A stretch of DNA of 36,919 nt from assembly GCA_900315015.1 (NCBI GenBank), contig OMXJ01000030.1:1-36919 (forward strand), in the 5' to 3' direction. How positions within the stretch are numbered: the stretch's first letter is position 1; each line of letters opens with the position of its first letter. The DNA comes from an uncultured Eubacteriales bacterium (lineage in GTDB: Bacteria > Bacillota > Clostridia > Lachnospirales > Lachnospiraceae). Made by a program: the position numbers and the translations under genes. Positions 1 through 7,192 of this stretch are shown here, one piece after another. The notes beneath the pieces are model-generated. The model did no database searches and was not told the origin of the DNA. It worked only from the letters and a program-made list of their open reading frames with translations.

Positions 1-147
1 GACGGGACGCATATTAACGCATCTGTAGGTTATAAAAACTTAAAGTTGTTAAATATGTGTAGCAATTATCTTATAGAACAAAAAAAGGTAGGTTAAAAGT
101 GGTTCCTCCCACCGACAAGCCTGTGGGGTTCCCCGCCGAAAAAAATT

Positions 148-1167
148 ATGACTATAGAGAATATTGATGGTGTACTTTACAAAAGCTATGAATTAGAGGA
201 TGCAAGGCATCTTCTTTACAAGAGGAATCCTGACGGAGATAAGTTTACCTTCGGCAGGATTCTTATCGTTGCAGGCTCTGATGAATATTCAGGAGCTCCT
301 GCGCTTGCAGCAAAGGCTGCCTATAGAAGCGGAGCAGGTCTGGTCGTTGTTTATACGGGAGATGAGGCTGTAAGTGTAGTTAGAACACTTGTTCCAGAGG
401 CTGTTGTCAAAAGCTATGTGAAACACTCGTGTTTAGAAGAGTTAAAGAAAGCTGATGCAGTAGTTTTAGGTCCTGGTCTGTCTAGGGATATTACTGCTAA
501 AAAGGTAGTAGACGAATGCCTTAAGTATTGCAGGGCTAATAATAAAAAGCTCATTATTGATGCTGATGGCCTTAATATTGTTTCAGAGCTTTTGACCGAG
601 GCAGAAAATAGTGAGCATATAGTGTTTACTGAAAAAAAGGCTAAAAGAGACATCGAAGAAGAAAGAGGCTTTTTCAATGATAAGAATATACATGAAAAGC
701 TTTTGAATTATGTGTCTAGTAGAATAAAGCATCTTAATGAAATGATTCCAAAGGGCACTGTCATTACGCCTCACGCTGCAGAGTTTTCAAGACTTCTTGG
801 CATTGATTCAAGAAAGCTTTCTTTATCAGATAAAAAAGTAATTAAGGAGCTTTTTGCAAAGGAAGGCGAGTTCATTCTTGTAATAAAGCTTCATAGAACC
901 CTTGTTATAGGCTGTGATAACGAAAATTTAGAAGAAGCCTTCTATATAAATTCCAGCGGAAATGATGGAATGGCGACAGGCGGCAGCGGAGATGTTTTAG
1001 CCGGCATCATAGGTGCGCTTTTGGTTCATCATGAACCTTTACTTGCTGCAAGACTTGGCGTCTTCATTCACGGCGCAGCGGGTGATGCGGCAGCAGAAAA
1101 ACTCGGCAGATATTCTTTAATGGCAGGTGATATTGCAGACAATATTTCTGAGGTATTGAAGTTTTAA
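148..1167 (+). CDS. nnr: ADP-dependent NAD(P)H-hydrate dehydratase (YjeF C-terminal / Nnr2 family), carrying a ~50-aa internal insertion
   Basis: The translation has the carbohydrate-kinase-like Nnr2 signature (GAGLVV, DADGLN, TPHAAEF, GGSGDVLAGIIGAL) and sits immediately upstream of alr, as is usual in Firmicutes. It is 339 aa against a typical ~280 aa. No clear SD sequence precedes the ATG at 148. Confidence 0.8.
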   Translation: MTIENIDGVLYKSYELEDARHLLYKRNPDGDKFTFGRILIVAGSDEYSGAPALAAKAAYRSGAGLVVVYTGDEAVSVVRTLVPEAVVKSYVKHSCLEELKKADAVVLGPGLSRDITAKKVVDECLKYCRANNKKLIIDADGLNIVSELLTEAENSEHIVFTEKKAKRDIEEERGFFNDKNIHEKLLNYVSSRIKHLNEMIPKGTVITPHAAEFSRLLGIDSRKLSLSDKKVIKELFAKEGEFILVIKLHRTLVIGCDNENLEEAFYINSSGNDGMATGGSGDVLAGIIGALLVHHEPLLAARLGVFIHGAAGDAAAEKLGRYSLMAGDIADNISEVLKF

Positions 1168-1235
1168 GTTGAATAATTAGCATGCTTGTATTATAATAAC
1201 TGTGCGTTAAAATATATAAAACGAAGGTGAAATAA

Positions 1236-2438
1236 ATGTCAGCAGTTGAAGAAATTTGCGATAATAAAAAATATAGAGTATATGCAAATATAAATCTTGA
1301 TAATATTAAATCTAATATGATAAATACAAGGATGCTTGTTCCAAAAGAGAGCAAGGTCCTTGCTGTAATAAAGGCAGATGCTTATGGACACGGCGCTGTT
1401 CCTATAGCAAAAATGCTTGATAAGGTTACTACTGAAAATGGCCCTGTGGCTGATTTTTACGGAGTAGCTGAAATAGAAGAGGGTCTTGAGCTTAGAAATG
1501 CAGGAATTACAAAGCCTATTCTCATTCTAGGTCTCATCCTTCCAGATGATTATGAAACGGCAATAAATAATGATTTAAGAATAACCATGTGCTCATCCAT
1601 GGAGGCAGAGCTTTTAAATCTTGCAGCCATAAATGTAGGAAAGAAGGCTAAGGTCCATATTAAGGTAGATACCGGAATGGGCAGAATCGGATATCTTGGA
1701 AGCGATGCTGATGCAGATGATGTGAAGGAAATTTCAAAGCTATCGAATATTGAAATTGAAGGTCTTTTTACTCATTTTTCGATGGCAGATGAAGAGGACA
1801 ATAGCTATACCAATGTCCAGATAGAGCGTTATAATTCCTTCCTCAAAAAACTTGAGGAGAGAGGTATTAATATTGCCATTAAGCATGCAGCAGCAAGTGC
1901 TGGAATCATAGATTTTCCACAGTATTCAATGAATATGGTAAGAAGCGGTATCAGTACCTATGGTTATTATCCATCAGAGTGCGTTACCAAGAAAAATCTT
2001 GAATTAAAGCCGGCAATGGAGTTAAAGTCAAGGGTTACCTTCATAAAGAGGGTGTCTGAGGGCTTTACTGTTGGGTACGGCGCAACCTATAAGGCACCGG
2101 GTGAGAGAATCATCGCTACTGTACCAGTAGGCTATGCTGACGGTTATTTCCGCTCTTTATCTAATAAGGGCTATGTCCTTATTAACGGCGTTAGGGCTAA
2201 TATCGTAGGAAGAGTCTGCATGGATCAGTTCATGGTCGATGCCACTGAGGTACCTGGTCTAGGGCTCTGGAATGAGGTTACTCTTTTTGGTGAGGATAAT
2301 GGAAATAGGATATCAGTAGAGGAAATCTCGGCACTTGCAGGTTCCTTCAATTACGAAATGACCTGTGCAGTTTCAAAGAGAGTGCCTAGAATCTATTATC
2401 AGGATGGAAAGCCTGTAATGGTCAGGAAAAATGTTTAA
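1236..2438 (+). CDS. alr: Alanine racemase
   Basis: The PLP-binding motif AVIKADAYGHG is present near the N-terminus. Length (400 aa) fits the family, an RBS GAAGGTG precedes the ATG, and the C-terminal beta-domain motifs (VGYGATY, VCMDQFMVD) are present. Confidence 0.93.
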   Translation: MSAVEEICDNKKYRVYANINLDNIKSNMINTRMLVPKESKVLAVIKADAYGHGAVPIAKMLDKVTTENGPVADFYGVAEIEEGLELRNAGITKPILILGLILPDDYETAINNDLRITMCSSMEAELLNLAAINVGKKAKVHIKVDTGMGRIGYLGSDADADDVKEISKLSNIEIEGLFTHFSMADEEDNSYTNVQIERYNSFLKKLEERGINIAIKHAAASAGIIDFPQYSMNMVRSGISTYGYYPSECVTKKNLELKPAMELKSRVTFIKRVSEGFTVGYGATYKAPGERIIATVPVGYADGYFRSLSNKGYVLINGVRANIVGRVCMDQFMVDATEVPGLGLWNEVTLFGEDNGNRISVEEISALAGSFNYEMTCAVSKRVPRIYYQDGKPVMVRKNV

Positions 2439-2440
2439 TT

Positions 2441-2920
2441 ATGAAAATTACAGTAATATGTGTTGGTAAATCCAATGAAAAGTTTTATACAGATGCAGTG
2501 AAGGAATATGCCAAGAGGCTCTCTAGATATTGCAAGTTAGATATAATTGAGGTTGCTGATGAAAAGACAGTGGAAAATGCCTCTGAAAATGTTGATTTAA
2601 TGATAAAGCGCAAGGAAGGCGATAGGATATTAAAGAATGTTCCTGATGATTCCTATGTAATTGCCATGGCAATCGAAGGCAAGATGATGACAAGCGTTGA
2701 GTTAGCAGAGAAAATTAATGATCTTGCGATATCCGCAAGAAGTAGCATTACCTTCATAATAGGAGGGTCTCTTGGCCTAGCACCTGAAGTAATGGCTAGA
2801 GCTGATTATAAATTGTCCTTTAGCAAAATGACCTTCCCTCATATGCTATTTAGGGTAATGTTACTTGAACAGATATATAGAAGCTTTAGAATTATCAATC
2901 ACGAACCATATCATAAATAA
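2441..2920 (+). CDS. rlmH: 23S rRNA (pseudouridine1915-N3)-methyltransferase RlmH (SPOUT family)
   Basis: A 159-aa protein starting MKITVICVGK and ending EQIYRSFRIINHEPYHK, collinear with the RlmH family. It starts 2 bp after the alr stop. Confidence 0.9.
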   Translation: MKITVICVGKSNEKFYTDAVKEYAKRLSRYCKLDIIEVADEKTVENASENVDLMIKRKEGDRILKNVPDDSYVIAMAIEGKMMTSVELAEKINDLAISARSSITFIIGGSLGLAPEVMARADYKLSFSKMTFPHMLFRVMLLEQIYRSFRIINHEPYHK

Positions 2921-2982
2921 TAACGTAAGTAATATCGTAAGTAATATCATAAATAATAACGTAAGTAATATCGTAAGTAATA
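2911..2982. repeat. Perfect 2 x 36-bp tandem repeat (tcataaataataacgtaagtaatatcgtaagtaata) with an internal 12-bp sub-repeat, overlapping the rlmH stop codon
   Basis: Direct reading of the sequence: copy 1 is 2911-2946, copy 2 is 2947-2982. This repeat creates the spurious 74-aa ORF at 2865-3089. Confidence 0.9.
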
Positions 2983-3250
2983 GAAACCGCAATAGAACTA
3001 TTAAAATAAACGTTTTGAGAAAATACAAAAAGTATCTTCCCGGAACGTTTTTTTATCTTCGCAACTTTTTTGAAATGATTAAAAAATGAAAATGGATATA
3101 ATCATAAATGTAAGATATTTGTTGATGAGGGTATCGAAGGAATCATTCGAAAATAATAAAAATGATTCATCTGCCCCGGCGTGATGCTAGGCCCTAATAG
3201 TCAGGTCGCTGGTATTATACGATAGTCAATGGATATTTTTTACCAAAATC

Positions 3251-3329
3251 GTGGGTTCGAATCCCACCATACTTGATTTTATATTCAAGGATGTAGCTAA
3301 GTGGTTATAGCATTCACATGTAGCGTGAA
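3251..3329 (+). ncRNA. tRNA-like fragments in permuted order: T-arm + 3' acceptor strand (3251-3275), then 11-nt linker, then 5' acceptor strand + D-arm + anticodon stem-loop (3287-3329, anticodon GUA)
   Basis: T-arm GTGGG-TTCGAAT-CCCAC followed by CATACTT-G. Downstream AAGGATG-TA-GCTA-AGTGGTTA-TAGC-A-TTCAC-ATGTAGC-GTGAA carries U8, A14, G18G19, A21 and U33. The 5' strand AAGGATG pairs 6/7 with the upstream CATACTT. No intact canonical tRNA can be folded from either piece alone. Confidence 0.35.
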
Positions 3330-3584
3330 AATTTTATGGACGTTTAATTAAAGTGCCTTAAGCCATGACTGCTATTACAGAGTCACTTCTTAAAGTATCT
3401 TGAAGGTAAGACTAAATTTTTTAAAGTATATGACATACGGATGGTAAATTCGGTTCGTACCTTATATATGGAAATCTATTTACCTCATCTTCCATACTTT
3501 AGGAAGCTAGGTTTAAGGTTAACTTGACTGACCGGTTTCAAAAGAAGCCTTAAAATATATTATTTCACAGAAAGGAAGAGAAAA

Positions 3585-4694
3585 ATGAAGGTTATTATTA
3601 AGGATGGTTTCGCAGGTTTTGTGTTTAAGAATGGAAGCTTTAAGGAAATGATTAAGGCTGGTTCATACCATTTTTCAAAGTTTTTAGGCTATGAGGTAAA
3701 GATAGTTGAAATGAAACAGAGCAACGGTCTTTCAGATATTATTTATGACATTTATGCAAAGGATGAGACCTTTGCTTCATCAGTTGTACGTTTTAATATT
3801 CCTGATGGTAATGCAGGCTTTTTGTATAAAAACGGAAATCTTGTAGCTTTTTTAGATGCAGGTGAAAAGCTTCTCTGGAATGTATACGATAAGTATGAGG
3901 TGAAGATGGTTCCTATGACAGAGCCTGAAATAGGTGAGGATGTTTCAAAGAAGATGCTCGAGTTTGTTCCTGAGAAATTGTATCAAGAGTATGATGTAGT
4001 TGAGGGGCAGGTAGGTCTTCTTTACTATAACAACATTCTTCAAAAGACTCTTGATAAAGGTAATTACTGCTTCTGGACATATGGTCAGGATGTCAAGGTG
4101 TTAGTTTTTGACCTTAGATTAAGAGGACTTAATGTTGCAGGTCAGGAAATTCTTACAAAGGATAAGATCGGCATTCGTCTTAATGTAGCTGCAAGCTACA
4201 AGATAGCTGATGTAATAAAGTTCAAAGAAAATGTTGCTGACTTTGGAGAGCAAATCTATACAGCAGCGCAGCTTGTTATCAGAGAGGTAGTAAGCACTCA
4301 TACTCTTGATGAAATTCTTGAGAGCAGAGAGGATATATCTAATGAAATAGCAAGCGGGCTTAAGGCTAAGGAGGAGTTGCTCTGCATCAAGTTCTACGAG
4401 GCAGGAATAAAGGACATCATCCTTCCAGGCGATATCAAGGATATCATGAACAGAGTGCTTGTGGCTGAAAAGACAGCTCAGGCTAATGTCATCACAAGAC
4501 GTGAGGAGGTTGCCTCAACAAGATCGCTTCTCAACACAGCAAAGCTTATGGATGAGAATCAGACGCTTTACAAGCTTAAGGAGCTTGAGTACCTTGAGAG
4601 AATCTGCTCAAAGGTAGGAGAGATTTCAGTAGGCCCGGGTGCTGGTCTTATAGAGCAGCTTACAAAGCTTGTTGGAACAGGTAGTAAAAACTAA
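3585..4694 (+). CDS. SPFH/band-7 (stomatin/prohibitin/HflKC-like) domain protein without a transmembrane anchor; the N-terminal SPFH beta-segment is triplicated
   Basis: SPFH core motifs are present (LTKDKIGIRLNVAASYKIAD; coiled-coil AEKTAQANVITRREEVAS). Three ~45-aa repeats have the pattern [DE]G-x-[AV]G-[FL]-[VL]-[FY]-x-N-[GN] at residues 3-48, 69-115 and 135-181. There is no hydrophobic N-terminus. An RBS AGGAAGAG precedes the start. Confidence 0.7.
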   Translation: MKVIIKDGFAGFVFKNGSFKEMIKAGSYHFSKFLGYEVKIVEMKQSNGLSDIIYDIYAKDETFASSVVRFNIPDGNAGFLYKNGNLVAFLDAGEKLLWNVYDKYEVKMVPMTEPEIGEDVSKKMLEFVPEKLYQEYDVVEGQVGLLYYNNILQKTLDKGNYCFWTYGQDVKVLVFDLRLRGLNVAGQEILTKDKIGIRLNVAASYKIADVIKFKENVADFGEQIYTAAQLVIREVVSTHTLDEILESREDISNEIASGLKAKEELLCIKFYEAGIKDIILPGDIKDIMNRVLVAEKTAQANVITRREEVASTRSLLNTAKLMDENQTLYKLKELEYLERICSKVGEISVGPGAGLIEQLTKLVGTGSKN

Positions 4695-4768
4695 AAGTTC
4701 CTAAAGCTTATAAAGCTTGAAAAACCAAAAGCTAGAGCCAAAGCCGTAACACGGGGAAAATATAAAGA

Positions 4769-4802
4769 CTGCGCCATGAAAGATAAGTGGCGCAGTTTTT
4801 TA
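4769..4802 (+). terminator. Rho-independent terminator after the SPFH gene
   Basis: 8-bp stem CTGCGCCA / TGGCGCAG with an 11-nt loop, followed by TTTTTTA. Confidence 0.6.
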
Positions 4803-4824
4803 TATTTAAATTGAGTGAAATCAA

Positions 4825-4853
4825 TTGAAAATAATAGGTCATGAATGTATAAT
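4825..4853 (+). promoter_or_regulatory. Sigma-A-type promoter (TTGAAA-N17-TATAAT) for the C_GCAxxG_C_C gene
   Basis: -35 TTGAAA at 4825-4830, a 17-nt spacer, and -10 TATAAT at 4848-4853. The 13-bp repeat array follows immediately. Confidence 0.45.
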
Positions 4854-4904
4854 GATTTTTGAAAGTGATTTTTGAACGTGATTTTTGAAAATGACTTTTA
4901 AAGG
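4853..4904. repeat. Four tandem 13-bp direct repeats (tgatttttgaaag / tgatttttgaacg / tgatttttgaaaa / tgacttttaaagg) at the predicted transcription start; a candidate operator array
   Basis: Direct reading of the sequence. The array begins at the last base of the -10 hexamer and ends ~50 bp upstream of the ATG at 4957. Confidence 0.8.
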
Positions 4905-4956
4905 GCCGGCCTTAATATGGTAAAAGGCATGGTTTTATGTGTTGTTAGGAGGAATA

Positions 4957-5340
4957 ATGGAGAACATTAATGAAATAACCGATATGGGAGAGAGAGCAGT
5001 CTATTTTAAGCATCATGGATCAAATTGTCTTCAATCTGTCCTTAGAGCTTATGGAGATAAGATATCTCTGACTGATGATCAGATAAAAGCCTTAGGAGCA
5101 GGCTTTGGTGCAGGAATGGGCGGCATGGAAGGAACCTGCGGCGCTTTAGTTGGAGCTGTAATGGTAAAGGGCATGATTGACCCTTCCATGAATCCTATGA
5201 AGGCAAAGGTAATGGTAGAAGAGTTCAAAAAGGAGAGCGGTGCAGTTAGATGCCGCGATCTTAAGGGAATTGATACCGGAGTTATGCTATGCCCTTGCGA
5301 TCAGTGCATTAGAAATGCAGTTAGCATATTAGAAAAATAA
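4957..5340 (+). CDS. C_GCAxxG_C_C family protein (putative redox-active small protein)
   Basis: Cys pattern GSNCLQ ... EGTCGALVGAVM ... LCPCDQC. The start is chosen at ATG 4957 because of a perfect AGGAGG RBS 6 nt upstream; the ORF-track ATG at 4939 lacks an RBS. Confidence 0.75.
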   Translation: MENINEITDMGERAVYFKHHGSNCLQSVLRAYGDKISLTDDQIKALGAGFGAGMGGMEGTCGALVGAVMVKGMIDPSMNPMKAKVMVEEFKKESGAVRCRDLKGIDTGVMLCPCDQCIRNAVSILEK

Positions 5341-5439
5341 TGAGACTTATTTTACTATTACTTATATCTATAAAACTTGATATATCAAAAAAAGTGTGAT
5401 ATCATTTGTTTCGTAAAATAAATTTTCAAGGAGGCAGTT

Positions 5440-5679
5440 ATGATTAATTTCATCATTACACTTATTTTGGGTGGACTTTCAGGCTGGCTTGCAGGAAAGA
5501 TCATGAAGAGTGAAAATGGAGTCATTGTTAATATTATTCTTGGTCTTTTAGGCGGTGTAGTAGGCGGCTTTGTAGCAGGCCTTATCGGTCTTAAGGCAGT
5601 AGGCCTTGTTGGAGGATGTGTAGTATCTGTTTTTGGTGCATGTCTTCTTATCTGGCTCGTCAGAAAGTTAAAAAAATAG
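5440..5679 (+). CDS. GlsB/YeaQ/YmgE family (transglycosylase-associated) small stress-response membrane protein
   Basis: 79 aa with two Gly-rich TM helices (ILGGLSGWLAGKIM ... LGLLGGVVGGFVAGLIG). RBS AAGGAGG. Confidence 0.8.
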   Translation: MINFIITLILGGLSGWLAGKIMKSENGVIVNIILGLLGGVVGGFVAGLIGLKAVGLVGGCVVSVFGACLLIWLVRKLKK

Positions 5680-5712
5680 CCTGAAAAGTTAATTTGATTT
5701 GAATATTAAGGG

Positions 5713-5748
5713 AAGCGGTCGGCGTAGAGCTGGCCGCTTTTTTTTATT
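5713..5748 (+). terminator. Probable intrinsic terminator
   Basis: Imperfect GC-rich hairpin GCGGTCGGC..GCTGGCCGC followed by TTTTTTTTATTT. Confidence 0.45.
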
Positions 5749-5775
5749 TACAAAAAAATTAGGTGAGTGTATAAT
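5747..5775 (+). promoter_or_regulatory. Sigma-A-type promoter TTTACA-N17-TATAAT upstream of the first WYL gene
   Basis: -35 TTTACA at 5747-5752, exactly 17 nt of spacer, and -10 TATAAT at 5770-5775, ~35 nt upstream of the ATG. Confidence 0.5.
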
Positions 5776-5810
5776 AGAGGAAATAGGCTTAAATTAATTA
5801 TTTAAGGAGT

Positions 5811-7139
5811 ATGGAGAGAGCTATGTCAGAGTTTGATGAGAGAATAAAAAGCTTTCAAAAGTCGCGTGATTATGTAAGGGATTTCTTTGTTTTCGGTTTT
5901 AAGAGCAGAAATGATTTTAATGAAAAGAGTTCTCGCACCTATGATAATGAGAGAAGAAGGCTTGAGAGCTGGCTTGGAGATTATGTCAGGAAGGATTATG
6001 TAAAAAAAGATAGTGCAGAAAAAGATAGAGTAGAAAAGGATTGCGTAAAAAAGGGGAATAAAGGCGCAAAGAAGGAAAAGGTCGCAAATATTTCTTTAGA
6101 TATTGATTCTAATATGCTTGATACCAATCCTCTTTTTAAGGTATATAAGGCAAAGAGCTTTACGGATAATGATATAGTATTGCATTTTATGATATTATCG
6201 CTTCTTCAGCATTCAGATGAGGGAGAGGGCTTTACAGCCGAGGAAATAACTGAGTTTTTGAATGAAAAGTACGGAAAAGTATTTGAGCAGCAGACCGTTA
6301 GAAGAAAGTGCAATGCATATTTGCAGGAGGGACTTTTAGCATCGAGAAAATCAGGCAATAAGCTTAAGTATTACTGCGACCTTTCACTATATGAGGCAAT
6401 CAAAAATATTCAGGGACTTGCAGATGCGCTTAAGCTTTTTCAATTCACTGACAGCCTTGGAATTGCTGCTAGTGAGCTTTTAGATTGCATGGATGAGGAA
6501 AATGACGTCTTTAGGATAAAGCATTCCTTTTTTGTCTTTACCTTAGATGATGAGGTGCTGTTAAAGATTTTTCATGCAATCAATAATAAGCAGCAGGTTG
6601 AACTAAATATTAAAAGTGTTAAAAATAAAACCGAGCGAAAAGAGTGGATGGTTCCGCTTAAAATATATGTAAGCAGCAGGAGTGGAAGAAGGTATGTATG
6701 CGGCTTCATAGAAAGGACAAAAAGGTTTTACTGCGAGCGTCTTGATGGAATTTATGAGGTGAAGGAGCTGGGGGAATTTTCGGATTTTGATAAAATGCTT
6801 GAGGCCCTTAATAGAAACGAGCCGAATGCGTGGGGAGTTTCTTTTAATAATAACGGCACGGCGCATATAGTGAAGCTTTCTATGACCATAAAGGTCGAAG
6901 AGCCTCATGAACACTACATTGTAGAAAGAATCGAGAGGGAGAAAAGAGGAGGAAAGCTAAGTAAAACTGCAGATGGCCTCTATCTCTATGAGGCCTTGGT
7001 CTTTGATGCAAATGAAATGGTGCCATGGCTTAGGACCTTCATCGGAAGGATAGTAGATTTAAAATGCAGCGAAAAGAGCATCGAGTACAGGTTCAAAAGG
7101 GATCTGGATTATATGTATGAGCTGTATGACATACAATAG
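5811..7139 (+). CDS. WYL-domain transcriptional regulator with a winged-HTH and a lysine-rich N-terminal extension (PafB/PafC-, BrxR-, CapW-like architecture)
   Basis: wHTH-like segment IVLHFMILSLLQHSDEGEGFTAEEITEFL. WYL signature WMVPLKIYVSSRSGRRYVCGF...RFYCERLDGI. WCX-like C-terminus EMVPWLRTFIGRIVDL. The N-terminus has a repetitive K/D/E-rich stretch KDYVKKDSAEKDRVEKDCVKK. An alternative start lies at ATG 5823. Confidence 0.65.
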   Translation: MERAMSEFDERIKSFQKSRDYVRDFFVFGFKSRNDFNEKSSRTYDNERRRLESWLGDYVRKDYVKKDSAEKDRVEKDCVKKGNKGAKKEKVANISLDIDSNMLDTNPLFKVYKAKSFTDNDIVLHFMILSLLQHSDEGEGFTAEEITEFLNEKYGKVFEQQTVRRKCNAYLQEGLLASRKSGNKLKYYCDLSLYEAIKNIQGLADALKLFQFTDSLGIAASELLDCMDEENDVFRIKHSFFVFTLDDEVLLKIFHAINNKQQVELNIKSVKNKTERKEWMVPLKIYVSSRSGRRYVCGFIERTKRFYCERLDGIYEVKELGEFSDFDKMLEALNRNEPNAWGVSFNNNGTAHIVKLSMTIKVEEPHEHYIVERIEREKRGGKLSKTADGLYLYEALVFDANEMVPWLRTFIGRIVDLKCSEKSIEYRFKRDLDYMYELYDIQ

Positions 7140-7192
7140 GTTTATTTTTTGTCACCTATAATGTTTATAATAATAATGTATGAGGTTTTGTT

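Noticed and set aside
414-1354. Minus-strand ORFs of 63-96 aa inside nnr/alr, and similar antisense ORFs inside parE, parC, the GT2-TagF gene, the GGDEF-EAL gene, PBP1A, hprK and glcK
   Set aside because: All lie antisense within strongly supported genes. They have low-complexity or hydrophobic nonsense translations and no RBS, as expected for chance ORFs in AT-rich DNA.
2865-3089. 74-aa ORF rich in NNNVSNIVSNI
   Set aside because: It is generated entirely by the 36-bp tandem repeat downstream of rlmH. It has no RBS and is repeat-driven low complexity, so it is not a credible gene.
3100-3584. tmRNA (ssrA) in the ORF-free region
   Set aside because: A T-arm-like element exists, but there is no GGGG 5' end with a G3:U70 pair, no tag-peptide reading frame ending in ALAA-stop, and no pseudoknot series. 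The downstream half has a D-arm and anticodon arm, which tmRNA lacks.
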